Assembly (NCBI RefSeq): GCF_000255655.1
Contig: NZ_JH636436.1
Coordinates: 654,985 to 718,984 of the forward strand
Length of the DNA stretch: 64,000 nucleotides
Reading direction: 5' to 3'
From: Schlesneria paludicola DSM 18645
GTDB lineage: Bacteria > Planctomycetota > Planctomycetia > Planctomycetales > Planctomycetaceae
Below the pieces are notes generated by a model that saw only the letters and a program-made list of their open reading frames with translations, did not search any database and was not told the origin of the DNA. Of this stretch, positions 10,166-20,260 are shown one piece after another. Each line of letters starts with the position of its first letter. Within the stretch, counting starts at the first letter, position 1. The translations under genes and the position numbers were made by a program.

Positions 10166-11386
10166 TTATCGATCCAACTCTGCGGCGATGATGTTCAAGC
10201 TCCCGAGAACCGCGACCACGTCGCTGAGCTGGTGGTTCTTGATGATCTGCGGGAACACCGAGAAGTGAACGTAGCTCGGGGGACGCGTTCGGGCGCGGTA
10301 CGAACGCGGCGAACCATCGCCGACGATGTAGTAGCCCAGTTCCCCGTTTGGCGATTCGGTTGCCGCGTAGATTTCTTCTTTCGGAGTCGGGAAGCCGCGG
10401 TTTGGCATCATGACTTCGAAGTGCTGAATCAAACCCTCGATGCTGCGGTAAACGGACGGCTTGGCGGGAATGACGGCTTTGCTGCCGGCGTCAACGTTCA
10501 CTGGGCCTTCGGGAATGTTCTCGATGCACTGCTCGATGATCTTGATGCTTTCGACCATTTCCTGCATTCGCACGAGATACCGTGCGTAGCAATCGCCGTC
10601 TTTCGCGGCGACGACTTTGAAGTCGAGGTCGGCATAGGCAAGGTAGGGCTCGTCCTTACGCAAGTCACGCAGCACACCACTGGCGCGGGCCAAGGGGCCT
10701 GTCACACCCATGTTGATGCAGTCTTCTGCGCTCAGATGGCCAATCCCTTTGACACGCTCGATGAAGATGCGGTTACGGGTGAGAAGGCGGTGCACTTCGG
10801 CATGGACGTCAGGGAAGCCTTTGACGAACGCCCGTACCTTGTCGACCCAGGCATTGTTGACATCAAACGCGACACCACCGACGCGAGTGTAGCTGGTGTG
10901 GAATCGCTGGCCCGAGGCGGTTTCAACGATGTCGTAGATGCGTTCACGCTGCTGGAAGAAATACAAGAACGCCGTGAAGCCGCCGAGGTCCAGTGCACAG
11001 GTTCCGGTGTTGAGCAGGTGATCCTGGATTCGCATCAGCTCGGCGAGAATTGTTCGCAGATACTTGCAGCGTGGAGTGATCTCGATCCCCAACAGCTTTT
11101 CGACGGCATGGTGCCACGAAATCTCGTTGTGCAGCGGCGAGATGTAGTTCATCCGGTCGACGATGGTGACGTACTGATTGAAGTCGAGGTGCTCACCCAG
11201 CTTTTCGAATCCTGAATGCAGGTATCCGATGTGGGGTACGGCATTGACGACCGTTTCACCGTCGAGCGTCAGGATCAGCCGCAACGTGGTGTGTGTGGCG
11301 GGGTGCTGCGGACCAAAGTTCAGCGTCCAGAGGTATTCCTTGTCTGGAGCGTCCATTTCGGCGAGATCAGATACTTCGAAAGGCAT
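10166..11386 (-). CDS. nuoD: NADH-quinone oxidoreductase subunit D
   Basis: 406-aa ORF with a NuoD/49-kDa-like sequence; separate from nuoC. Confidence 0.9.
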   Translation of the reverse strand: MPFEVSDLAEMDAPDKEYLWTLNFGPQHPATHTTLRLILTLDGETVVNAVPHIGYLHSGFEKLGEHLDFNQYVTIVDRMNYISPLHNEISWHHAVEKLLGIEITPRCKYLRTILAELMRIQDHLLNTGTCALDLGGFTAFLYFFQQRERIYDIVETASGQRFHTSYTRVGGVAFDVNNAWVDKVRAFVKGFPDVHAEVHRLLTRNRIFIERVKGIGHLSAEDCINMGVTGPLARASGVLRDLRKDEPYLAYADLDFKVVAAKDGDCYARYLVRMQEMVESIKIIEQCIENIPEGPVNVDAGSKAVIPAKPSVYRSIEGLIQHFEVMMPNRGFPTPKEEIYAATESPNGELGYYIVGDGSPRSYRARTRPPSYVHFSVFPQIIKNHQLSDVVAVLGSLNIIAAELDR

Positions 11387-11470
11387 AATCGTCTCTTGGA
11401 CGTGGAATTGTGATTGGAATCAGCTCGGCCGGGCGGTCAACGCGGCTCATCCATCGAAATCAAACGGAAA

Positions 11471-11965
11471 TCAGCTTTCGGCGCGCGTCAGCACCGGGAA
11501 ATTGTGTCGCTCGCCCAGTCCCTTGAGCGGATAGTCTTTTCGCAGCGGGTATGCGGTGAATTCATCGGGAGTCAGAATTCGTCGCAGATCGGGGTGTCCC
11601 GAGAACTTGATTCCGAACATGTCATAGACTTCACGTTCAAGCCAGTCGGCCGACTTCCACAGTGAATAGGCGGAAGGCAACACAGGGTCAGGATCGTTGA
11701 CGTGTGTCTTCAGGATCAGCCGTTCGCCCCTCGTGGTGCTGACCAGGACGTAAACGACACCGAAGCGATCCTTGGCGCCTTCGTATTCGAGGTAGTCGAC
11801 GGCGGTGACTTCCATCAACGTGTCGAACTGCAGGTCCTGCTTGAGATACGTCAGAATGTCGAGCAGATTCGCCGCTGGTACGGAAACGCGGTGATTGTCG
11901 CGAAACTGGCTGAAAGACAGTTCGGATTGCGGGAATCTGGATTTGAGAGAGTCTTCAGTGGGCAT
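11471..11965 (-). CDS. nuoC: NADH-quinone oxidoreductase subunit C
   Basis: 164-aa 30-kDa subunit-like ORF between nuoB and nuoD. Confidence 0.85.
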   Translation of the reverse strand: MPTEDSLKSRFPQSELSFSQFRDNHRVSVPAANLLDILTYLKQDLQFDTLMEVTAVDYLEYEGAKDRFGVVYVLVSTTRGERLILKTHVNDPDPVLPSAYSLWKSADWLEREVYDMFGIKFSGHPDLRRILTPDEFTAYPLRKDYPLKGLGERHNFPVLTRAES

Positions 11966-12067
11966 CGTGTGTCAACAGTCTTTTGAGCAAGAACACCGTT
12001 TTCGCAGTCCGCGTTCGTTGTGCACGAATCGCTTTCCGTGAGGTTGAACGATTCCGGGCGAAGATCG

Positions 12068-12643
12068 CTAGTTCAAGGCCACTAGCTTTTCGTTGGCCTC
12101 TCGAATTCGGATCAATTCGTCGAGGTCAAACGGAGTCGGCCCCATCGGTTGGGTCCGTTTACCGAATTCGGTCCCATTCAGCGTTCCACCATGCTTGATC
12201 TTGTCTTGCAAGGCGATGATCCCGGCCATCAATTGTTCAGGGCGGGGCGGGCAGCCTGGAACGTACAAATCGACCGGGATAAACCGATCGACGCCTTGAA
12301 CCACTGCGTAGGTGTCGAAGACACCGCCAGTACAGGCACATGCACCCATGCTGATGCACCATTTCGGCTCGGGCATCTGCATCCAGATTCGCTGCAACAC
12401 GGGCAACATTTTCATGGCTACGCGGCCAGCGACAATCATCAGGTCGCACTGGCGAGGACTGAATCGCATGACTTCCGCACCGAACCGCGCGAGGTCGAAT
12501 CGTGACGACGCTGTCGCCATCAATTCGATTCCACAGCAGGCCGTGGCAAATGGCATGGGCCACAAACTATTCGCGCGTGCCCAACTGGCTGCTGCGTCCA
12601 GCGTGGTCATAAAAACATTATCAGGAACGTCTTTCATCGCCAT
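12068..12643 (-). CDS. nuoB: NADH-quinone oxidoreductase subunit B
   Basis: CCGIELM...GACACTGG...CPPRP motifs of the 20-kDa/PSST subunit. Confidence 0.9.
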   Translation of the reverse strand: MAMKDVPDNVFMTTLDAAASWARANSLWPMPFATACCGIELMATASSRFDLARFGAEVMRFSPRQCDLMIVAGRVAMKMLPVLQRIWMQMPEPKWCISMGACACTGGVFDTYAVVQGVDRFIPVDLYVPGCPPRPEQLMAGIIALQDKIKHGGTLNGTEFGKRTQPMGPTPFDLDELIRIREANEKLVALN

Positions 12644-13029
12644 TTAAAGACCCCTTTTCGCCAGGCATACACATACGCGATGGCGAGTGTGGCCATGAAC
12701 ACGAGCATGATTCCGAACACAGTGCCCCGTAATTCCACCGGAACGCCCAAATGAGTGGCGGCTGATGGGTCTTCGAGATATGCGGAAACAGCCCACGGAT
12801 AAAGGAACAGCAGTTCCACGTCGAACACGAGGAACAGGATCGCTACCAGGTAAAATTTCACGTCAAAGGGCTGGCGGGCGTCACCAACGGGGTCCATCCC
12901 CGATTCATACGGCATCTGCTTGACAGCCGTTCTCTTACGGGGTCCCACAATATGAATGATGACCAGGTTCGTAATTACGAATCCGATCAGAACCCCGACA
13001 AACAGCAGTACGGGATACGAACTCTCCAT
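12634..13029 (-). CDS. nuoA: NADH-quinone oxidoreductase subunit A
   Basis: 131-aa 3-TM ORF (PYESGMDP...[23 protein letters not shown]); first gene of the operon. Confidence 0.9.
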   Translation of the reverse strand: MESSYPVLLFVGVLIGFVITNLVIIHIVGPRKRTAVKQMPYESGMDPVGDARQPFDVKFYLVAILFLVFDVELLFLYPWAVSAYLEDPSAATHLGVPVELRGTVFGIMLVFMATLAIAYVYAWRKGVFKWR

Positions 13030-13350
13030 GCGGTGTCAGCCTTTGAAACCTGAACAATTCGCCGTCAGCAGGATTGAAAACCATCTTCGTGATCGGTGGT
13101 CAATCTGCAACATTCACGCCACGTCCACTACCAAGCTCGGGATTCTAGGACCGGCTTCCACAAACTGCAACGCAACGTTGCGGGTCGGGGCGCCTGAACA
13201 CCGGGGCCGTTTTTGAGTTCCTTTTCGGACTCAAGGGGTGTAAGTCGCCGGTCGGAATCATGAAAATAACGAGCTCGCAAGGCGTTCGGAAATCCGTCAG
13301 CTTGATTTGGTTTTTCCGAAACCTTGCCTCGGTCAAGAGATCCAACCAAT

Positions 13351-14682
13351 TCAGGCCGCCCACTTGGCAAGACCTTCTTTTCTCAACGGCACACCAAGAT
13401 AAAACGCGGCGATGTCTCGAATCGCGTTTTCGGCAGAGAATCCATCTTCGGCAAAACGAATGCTTTCTTCTCGCCACATTGCGTGTGGTGTCGGCCATGC
13501 GTTCGCAGTTTCGGCAAACATCTCTGCAAAGTCCGAAGGCTCAAAACGGTTCATCCAGCGGATCGCGCGGCACGGTCGAAGTTGATTGTACGACTCAAGG
13601 TCAGACAGGATTGGAACCGCGCCGCATCCCAACGCTTGATACGTTGAAACAGACAGCATGTCAGTTTTTGGGACAGAAATCCCAAAGTCACTAAGCTTTA
13701 GCCACGCAGCGACTTCGGCGTGCGGGAGCATTCGTTCAATGAACGTGACTCGGTCACGGAATCGGCTTTGTTCGATGAGCTCGCGAACACCTTGCATATA
13801 GTCGGCTTGCGATTCACCACACAGCAGGACGAGGCGACCCTGGCCACCGCTGTCACAAAACTTGAAAAATCCTTGGATCACTTCGCGTGTGCGATAGTGA
13901 GGATGGGTTCGGCGATTGACCGTCCAGATCGGTTCGTTCAGCGGCAGTCCTGCTTTTTGGCGCAGATGGGCCCGTTCGATATCGCTGGCGCCGTGAAAGG
14001 TTTTGCCGTCGAGACCCAGATGAAAGCAATAAATCAGCTCCGGAGGGATTTCATATTGCTCGATCAAAATCTTCACGCATTCGGTGGAGGCGACCTGGAT
14101 CCGTTCTGCTCCCTGCAGAATCTGTCGCAGCAGCCAGCGATAGGCGAATCCGCGTTCGTGAGCACCGAACACTTCTGTGCCATAGACGCCAATAATGTAT
14201 CGTCGACCGCTCAGCCAGGCGGCAAATCCATTTCCGGAGGCACAGTGTGCGTGGAAGATCTCGTCCGACGACCGGGGTCCACGAAACCGCATGACCAGGC
14301 CGCTCAGCAGGTACCGTAACGACATGGGTGCCTTCTTGATCCACCGTGGCAGGATCGGGCGAATCGAGAAGCATTCGTTTTCAAAGGGTTCTACGGGATT
14401 TGCCGTTTCGATTTCGACGAAGGTCTGCGTCTGCGCGAACAGGGTTAGCCACTGTGCCACATGCACCGAGTCACCTGTCGCGATGAAACGGATGGTGCCG
14501 AGCGGCTGACCGGGCTGAAAACAGGTCAAGTCCTTGGCCAGTTCGTCCTCGCGTCGAATTTTCATCAGTCGTGCGAGTGCTTCATCGACGGGGGCCGCTG
14601 TGTTCATGGCAGATGCGTTGGGGGGCAAGTTTCCGGTCACTGACGCGTCCTCTTCACGCTGATTCATCTCAAATTCACGCAT
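13351..14682 (-). CDS. GT-B fold glycosyltransferase (family 1/4-like)
   Basis: GT1/GT4-like C-terminal region (SVPKTDMLSVSTYQALGCGAVPILSDLESY). Start set at the internal Met (MREFEM...). The upstream 56 codons of the longer ORF look non-coding. Confidence 0.65.
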   Translation of the reverse strand: MREFEMNQREEDASVTGNLPPNASAMNTAAPVDEALARLMKIRREDELAKDLTCFQPGQPLGTIRFIATGDSVHVAQWLTLFAQTQTFVEIETANPVEPFENECFSIRPILPRWIKKAPMSLRYLLSGLVMRFRGPRSSDEIFHAHCASGNGFAAWLSGRRYIIGVYGTEVFGAHERGFAYRWLLRQILQGAERIQVASTECVKILIEQYEIPPELIYCFHLGLDGKTFHGASDIERAHLRQKAGLPLNEPIWTVNRRTHPHYRTREVIQGFFKFCDSGGQGRLVLLCGESQADYMQGVRELIEQSRFRDRVTFIERMLPHAEVAAWLKLSDFGISVPKTDMLSVSTYQALGCGAVPILSDLESYNQLRPCRAIRWMNRFEPSDFAEMFAETANAWPTPHAMWREESIRFAEDGFSAENAIRDIAAFYLGVPLRKEGLAKWAA

Positions 14683-14728
14683 TTTTGCGGAGAAACAAAC
14701 AAATACGGTCGGGCGAGTGTGACGTGGT

Positions 14729-16057
14729 TCAAGCGGCAACTCGTCCGATCGGCCGCGGCATCGGCTTCTTGGATTGGGGCAACAGATTCTGAGTTGATAG
14801 GCGAGGTCGTCCTGCTGTGATGACGGCCCGAGATGACGACAGGCAGCCAAACAGGAGAAAGACCAGATTTCCGGTCAATGAAAATGTCAGATTGGGCTGA
14901 GTCAGATTACCGATCATCAGTCCGACGATCATTCCCTGCATCCCGCGCAGCAGATACCACGGTTCAGACTCGCTTCGCGCCCTGCGTTTGAGGCGTATGA
15001 TCGTGCTCAAGCCGCTGACGAGCAGGGCGAGGTAGAGCATCAGTCCCAGGGTTCCGCATTTGTGAAGCACTTCCAGATACTGTTGATGGGGAGTGTCGAA
15101 TTCGGAATACCGTGAGAACGATTCGAACATGTATCCGAAGACTGGTTTTTCGACCGCCAGTTCCAGTGCCAGTTGCCAGATGTCAAATCGCCCTGATGAT
15201 GGGTCTTCGCTTTCGGTGCTTCGTTCCAGACGCTGTTGGACTCGCTCTTCGAGCGTCGCCACAACCGCAGTGTCTTTTGCGATCGAGAACAGGCCGAAGC
15301 CAATGACGCTGAACACCATGATCGCGACGAAACACCCGGCCAAGACAGCCGTACGTCCTGTGGTGATCAGATAGATGATCGTTCCAAATAGGAGTACCAA
15401 TGTACTTGAACGTGACATTGATCCCAGGATCGTCAATGCCGTTCCGCCAGCGAGACACCAGCCTAATAATGGAAGAAAACGGTGTCGTGATGATTCGGCG
15501 GCAGCCAGAAGCAACGGGACCATTGCCGCATAGAAGCTCATCGGCGAATTGGGATATCCGCTCAGGTCCCACTCGTAGATCGACCTGCCCCACTCACCCG
15601 CCGGAAATTCAGGGCTCGTGATCGTGCAGCACATTGTCATGGCAGAGACGACTCCAAAGACCCAGCCGATGGTCTTGATGAACTCAAAGGGATCGATCCA
15701 GATTCCCAGCAATAGCCCCAAAACCACGAATCCGATTGGTTTGACGAGTTTGAACGCCGAATAGAGCCGGATCATTTCTCCGGTCATCCCCATTCCGATC
15801 CCCGCCAGAGTTGTGGCGTATGCGATGAACACAATGGCGATCAGGGGCGTCAAACGGTCGCCATGGACAACCTGCTTGGTATTTTTGGCGATCGACTTTG
15901 GTTGTGGCGTCCGCGCAAACAAGTAGAGAAACGGAACCAGCAAACAAAGGACGTCCGACAACATCAGTTCGATCGGTTTGTCGCCGACGGTTGCTGCGGT
16001 GGAATGAATGGGCCAGACAACAAACGTGCCGGCGATCCACAGTAAGACTGTCCTCAT
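14729..16057 (-). CDS. O-antigen ligase / polymerase (Wzy/WaaL-like) membrane protein
   Basis: 442-aa polytopic membrane ORF with an O-antigen-ligase-like periplasmic loop (HQQYLEVLHKCGTLGLMLYL). Confidence 0.6.
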   Translation of the reverse strand: MRTVLLWIAGTFVVWPIHSTAATVGDKPIELMLSDVLCLLVPFLYLFARTPQPKSIAKNTKQVVHGDRLTPLIAIVFIAYATTLAGIGMGMTGEMIRLYSAFKLVKPIGFVVLGLLLGIWIDPFEFIKTIGWVFGVVSAMTMCCTITSPEFPAGEWGRSIYEWDLSGYPNSPMSFYAAMVPLLLAAAESSRHRFLPLLGWCLAGGTALTILGSMSRSSTLVLLFGTIIYLITTGRTAVLAGCFVAIMVFSVIGFGLFSIAKDTAVVATLEERVQQRLERSTESEDPSSGRFDIWQLALELAVEKPVFGYMFESFSRYSEFDTPHQQYLEVLHKCGTLGLMLYLALLVSGLSTIIRLKRRARSESEPWYLLRGMQGMIVGLMIGNLTQPNLTFSLTGNLVFLLFGCLSSSRAVITAGRPRLSTQNLLPQSKKPMPRPIGRVAA

Positions 16058-17442
16058 TGTGGGACCTCACTCTTGATTTCAGGCGTCCGCGTCGAGATTT
16101 CAGGCGTTGATTGCCAGGCGGGGTGTTGTTGCAGGCTGACGCTGACCGCGATCGTCCAGACTAAGCTCGTCGCAATCTGGGCGAACCCGAGTCCCAGCAG
16201 CCCGTAGGGGCGGATCAACAGGAAGCTGATGGCCACGTTGACGACGGCACAAAGGCCCATGATCGCCAGGAGCGTTCGTTCGCGACCGGTCATCTGCAGG
16301 ACATAAGCCGACGTTCCAGAGAACGAGGCAATACAGGCCGAGATGAGAAGAGCGATAAGCACATGGTATCCAGGTTGATAGTCTCGTCCGATCAGCGTGA
16401 AGATCGTATCGCCAAAGCAGGCGACGCCGACCGCGACCGGTAAGGTAAATGCCACACACAAGGCTTGTCCTTGGACAACAAGTCGTCGCATCTCAGTGAA
16501 ACGGCCGGCGGCGTACAGGCTCGCAAATTGCGGTGCGATTACCAGACCCAGCGACTGGCTTCCCAGGATCGAAACATCGGCGAAACGTTCCATGGCGCTA
16601 TACAAACCTGCTGATTCGTGGGCGACCAAAGTCGCGCCGGCGATCGCGATGCTGATTCGGCTCTTCAAAACGACGAGTATTTCCGCAGCAAGGAATGCGA
16701 TGGCTACACGCGCCCACGCCAATCGGTCTGCGTCGTCGATGGCCTGGCCGTTCATCCGCCATGGAGATCGAAGGAGTGGTGATCTAAGGAAGAAGTACAG
16801 GACGAGGGCTGACATGCTCAGGATCGACACCAGATGCAACATCATGGCCGTCGAGGACGAAAGCGGTTTGGCGGGAGAAGATAACCACCACGTTGCGCCC
16901 GCCAGAACGAAGAGAATGACGGGCCAAAGTGCCGTGCTGATCTGGCTTTCAAACAGTCTTCCGGCACTCCGCAGGCTGGCTTCCTGGATCTGGCGGATCG
17001 AAAGCAGCGGGATCATGGCTGCTGCTGGCAACATGCAACTGGCGAGTTTGACGCCAATCGTATTCCAGTAGGTCAGGACCACCGCGCTGAAACCGAGTGA
17101 TACGAGGCCGGCCGCGATGACCGAGGCGAATGTGGAGTCTCGGATGATCGCGGCCCGCTTATTCAGTTCATTCTTCGCGGTGTATTCGGCGATATAACGC
17201 AGGACGGTATTGTCGATTCCCAGCTTGGCAAATACGCAAAGGATCTGAGCCCAGGCAAAGGCAAGCGAGTATTCGGCGAAACCGGCGGGGCCTAGGCTGC
17301 GTGCCAACACAATATGACTCAGCAGCAACCCGCCAGCGCCGAGGACGCGAATCGAGAGCGCTATGGCGCCGCTACGAGTGACTGACGCGGCTCGGCGTGT
17401 CGTCCTTGTCGCCGATACTGGAACCGAGCAAGTCGCACTCAT
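16054..17442 (-). CDS. Wzx-type polysaccharide flippase (MOP superfamily)
   Basis: Polytopic membrane C-terminal 462 aa. Start set at the internal Met (MSATCSVP...). The upstream 144 codons are Arg/Pro-rich and overlap the divergent gene. Confidence 0.65.
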   Translation of the reverse strand: MSATCSVPVSATRTTRRAASVTRSGAIALSIRVLGAGGLLLSHIVLARSLGPAGFAEYSLAFAWAQILCVFAKLGIDNTVLRYIAEYTAKNELNKRAAIIRDSTFASVIAAGLVSLGFSAVVLTYWNTIGVKLASCMLPAAAMIPLLSIRQIQEASLRSAGRLFESQISTALWPVILFVLAGATWWLSSPAKPLSSSTAMMLHLVSILSMSALVLYFFLRSPLLRSPWRMNGQAIDDADRLAWARVAIAFLAAEILVVLKSRISIAIAGATLVAHESAGLYSAMERFADVSILGSQSLGLVIAPQFASLYAAGRFTEMRRLVVQGQALCVAFTLPVAVGVACFGDTIFTLIGRDYQPGYHVLIALLISACIASFSGTSAYVLQMTGRERTLLAIMGLCAVVNVAISFLLIRPYGLLGLGFAQIATSLVWTIAVSVSLQQHPAWQSTPEISTRTPEIKSEVPQ

Positions 17443-17777
17443 AAATGTTTCGCATCTCGAAAAATATCGGGTGTAGGACCTGCCATGAAGTTGGTTCCGC
17501 TGTATCGCGTCAGGGGCGATTTGAGTCAGGGGCCTCTGACAACTTGTTCCGTCGCCTCGAAAGATCTGCCCTGTGGTTCGGAGTGCGGGCGGAATCTCAA
17601 CCAAAATTACGGGACTGTCAATCCCGGATTGGCCCGGCTCAGGCTCGCCGGACGGCGTGTCACGTGTTCCGTCATGAACAGGGGAAAACTGGACTTGTCG
17701 CGGGGGAAGGGTACTTCTATATCTTGCCTGGCAGCGCTCAACTCGGATTGCTTTCTTTTGATGAGTGAATCGCACGG

Positions 17778-20030
17778 ATGCGACAAATTCTCCAGTCTCT
17801 TTCGACGGGCCAAACGGAACTGGTCGAGGTTCCATGTCCAGCGGTCTCATCGGGCCAGCTCTTGATCCAGTCACGGATCAGTCTGGTCTCGGCCGGAACG
17901 GAACGGATGTTGGTCGAGTTTGGCAAAGCGAATTTGCTCGAAAAGATCCGGCAACAACCAGATCGAGTCCGTCAGGTTCTCGACAAGGTGAAAACAGACG
18001 GACTGTTGCCGACCATGGCGGCGGTGAAAAACAAGCTCGATCAGCCGATTCCGTTGGGATATTGCAACGTCGGAACGGTGGTCGAAGTCGGTGCCGGGGT
18101 CGACGGCTTTCAATGCGGTGATCGTGTTGTCAGCAACGGCCCGCACGCCGAAATGGTCTGCGTGCCGAAGAATCTCTGCGCACGGATTCCTGACGATGTG
18201 ACGGACGAAGCGGCCGCCTTCACGGTTCTGGGGTCGATTGGATTGCAGGGCGTTCGGCTCGCTCAACCGACGCTCGGCGAGGCATTCGTTGTGTCGGGTT
18301 TGGGTTTGATTGGATTGATCACCGTCCAGTTGCTGCGTGCTCACGGCTGTCGCGTGCTGGGTTTAGATTTCTCGACAGCGCGGCTTGAGTTGGCTGAAAA
18401 AATGGGGGCCGAAACCTTCAATTTGAATCACGGAGATCCCGCTGCGGCCGCACACAAATTCTCGCGTGGCCGCGGCGTCGACGGCGTCTTGATCACGGCA
18501 TCGACAGACAGCGATGAACCTGTGCACCATGCGGCGCAAATGTGTCGACGACGTGGTCGCATCGTCCTGGTCGGTGTCGTTGGGATGAAGTTGTCGCGTA
18601 CGGATTTCTACGAGAAAGAGCTTTCGTTTCAGGTGTCGTGTTCGTATGGGCCTGGTCGATATGACGAGAGCTACGAGCAGCGTGGCATCGACTATCCGGC
18701 GGGCTACGTGCGTTGGACGGAGCAGCGAAACTTCGAGGCGATGCTCGACATGATGTCGACGGGATCCATTGATCCTACTGTGCTCGTGACGCATCGATTC
18801 GCGGTCGAATCGGCTGTCGGGGCGTATGATCTGATTTCGAGTAAGCAGCCGTCGTTGGGTGTGTTGCTTGAGTATCCTCGCGCAGCGGAAGTCAAAACGC
18901 TGCGCGAGCAGACGGTTCGTCTGCATCGGCTCGAGCCACTGCGTTCAAAATCTCAGGCACGATCAGCAATGCCACGGGTCGCGGTGATTGGAGCGGGGAA
19001 CTATGCGTCGCAGGTATTGATCCCCGCGTTCAAAAAGTGTGGGGCGACGTTGGCGTGTGTTGCCTCACGGAACGGACTGACCGCTTCCCATGCCGCGCGG
19101 AAGTTTGGATTTGAACGAGCCACCAGCGATTTGGAATCCGTCATGACGGATTCGAGCATCGACGCTATTGTCGTTGCGACGCGACACGACAGTCATGCCA
19201 GTCTTGCCCAACGTGCCCTGGCGGCAGGCAAGCATGTCTTTGTCGAAAAGCCGTTGGCTTTGAATGTTGCGGATTTGGCAAGCGTGCTGGCTGTGTACCA
19301 GCAGGCTAGCGCAGACCATTCGGCAATCGCACCAATTCTGACGGTGGGTTTCAACCGCCGATTTGCCCCGCAAATTCAGCGAATGAAATCACTCCTCCGT
19401 GAGCTGCACGAGCCAAAGTCGTTCGTCATGACCGTCAACGCAGGTTCGATCCCGGCCGGACACTGGGTTCACGACCCGCATGCCGGCGGCGGTCGCATCG
19501 TGGGCGAAGGATGCCACTTTATCGACCTGCTGCGGTTCTTGTGCGGAAGTCCGATCGTGGCGGTTCAGGCGACAACATTCGGTCGGGAAGCCGCGGTTGC
19601 AATTCGTGATGACAAAATGACGATCACGCTGTCATTTGCCGACGGGTCATTCGGCACGGTGCATTATCTAGCGAATGGGCATCGTTCGGTCTCGAAGGAA
19701 CGGTTGGAAGTTTTCTGTGCTGGCCGAGTCATTCAACTGGATAATTTCCGGCGGATGACGGCCGTCGGATGGAAATCGTTCCGCAAGATGAATCTCTGGC
19801 AGCAGGATAAAGGGCATGTCGATGAAGTTCGGGCATTTTTGAAAGCGATTTCAGAAGGTGGTCCGCTGCCAATTCCTTTGGAAGAACTGAATGAAGTCAC
19901 CCGTGCGTCATTTGATGCGGTTGTTGCCGCCCAGTCGAACCAAGTGGTTCACAGTCAGGACGTCTCCAGCGAACAGACGTTGCCCTTTTGTGCCGTTGGC
20001 GCAAATGCCCCGCTCGTGCAGACCGCGTAA
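17778..20030 (+). CDS. Bi-domain oxidoreductase (Zn-dependent alcohol dehydrogenase/MDR N-domain fused to Gfo/Idh/MocA C-domain)
   Basis: N-terminal half has MDR features (GHEMVCVP-like, GLGLIGL Rossmann). C-terminal half begins RVAVIGAGNYASQ...EKPLALN, typical of Gfo/Idh/MocA. Confidence 0.75.
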   Translation: MRQILQSLSTGQTELVEVPCPAVSSGQLLIQSRISLVSAGTERMLVEFGKANLLEKIRQQPDRVRQVLDKVKTDGLLPTMAAVKNKLDQPIPLGYCNVGTVVEVGAGVDGFQCGDRVVSNGPHAEMVCVPKNLCARIPDDVTDEAAAFTVLGSIGLQGVRLAQPTLGEAFVVSGLGLIGLITVQLLRAHGCRVLGLDFSTARLELAEKMGAETFNLNHGDPAAAAHKFSRGRGVDGVLITASTDSDEPVHHAAQMCRRRGRIVLVGVVGMKLSRTDFYEKELSFQVSCSYGPGRYDESYEQRGIDYPAGYVRWTEQRNFEAMLDMMSTGSIDPTVLVTHRFAVESAVGAYDLISSKQPSLGVLLEYPRAAEVKTLREQTVRLHRLEPLRSKSQARSAMPRVAVIGAGNYASQVLIPAFKKCGATLACVASRNGLTASHAARKFGFERATSDLESVMTDSSIDAIVVATRHDSHASLAQRALAAGKHVFVEKPLALNVADLASVLAVYQQASADHSAIAPILTVGFNRRFAPQIQRMKSLLRELHEPKSFVMTVNAGSIPAGHWVHDPHAGGGRIVGEGCHFIDLLRFLCGSPIVAVQATTFGREAAVAIRDDKMTITLSFADGSFGTVHYLANGHRSVSKERLEVFCAGRVIQLDNFRRMTAVGWKSFRKMNLWQQDKGHVDEVRAFLKAISEGGPLPIPLEELNEVTRASFDAVVAAQSNQVVHSQDVSSEQTLPFCAVGANAPLVQTA

Positions 20031-20036
20031 GCGACG

Positions 20037-20070
20037 CGACTGAACGAGCGAAACGTCAATCGTTCAGTCG
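20037..20070 (+). terminator. 11-bp perfect inverted repeat (cgactgaacga/tcgttcagtcg) just after the stop of the bi-domain oxidoreductase gene
   Basis: Hairpin without a T-run; either a terminator or a regulatory palindrome upstream of glnA. Confidence 0.3.
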
Positions 20071-20178
20071 ATGACGTGCGAATAGAACTGTTTTCGGGGC
20101 GTGGCTGTCGCCTGTGACGATCGTCGCGAGGCGATTCGAGCGATTGACCGGTAAAGGCTGGGGCGACAACTTGCTCTG

Positions 20179-20194
20179 CGGCATCCGGTTTGCA
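20179..20194 (+). promoter_or_regulatory. Putative sigma54 (-24/-12) promoter for glnA
   Basis: cGGCATccggtTTGCAta with GG-N10-GC spacing, ~65 bp upstream of the glnA start. Confidence 0.35.
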
Positions 20195-20260
20195 TATCGT
20201 GGCGTGACAACGATTGTCAGATGAGTAAACCCCGCGAACGCTCTGCGGAGATTCCCCCAC

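Noticed and set aside
1315-11215. Long ORFs antisense to the nuo genes (e.g. 1315-2202 +, 6887-7975 +, 9950-11215 +, 8357-9304 +)
   Set aside because: They lie entirely inside strongly supported complex I genes on the other strand. They have Arg/His/Gly-rich, non-protein-like composition typical of shadow ORFs in high-GC DNA.
16054-17874. 606-aa version of the Wzx flippase ORF and the 499-aa version of the glycosyltransferase ORF (13351-14850)
   Set aside because: The N-terminal extensions are Arg/Pro-rich and non-membrane. They overlap divergent or neighbouring genes, and internal Mets give proteins of canonical length.
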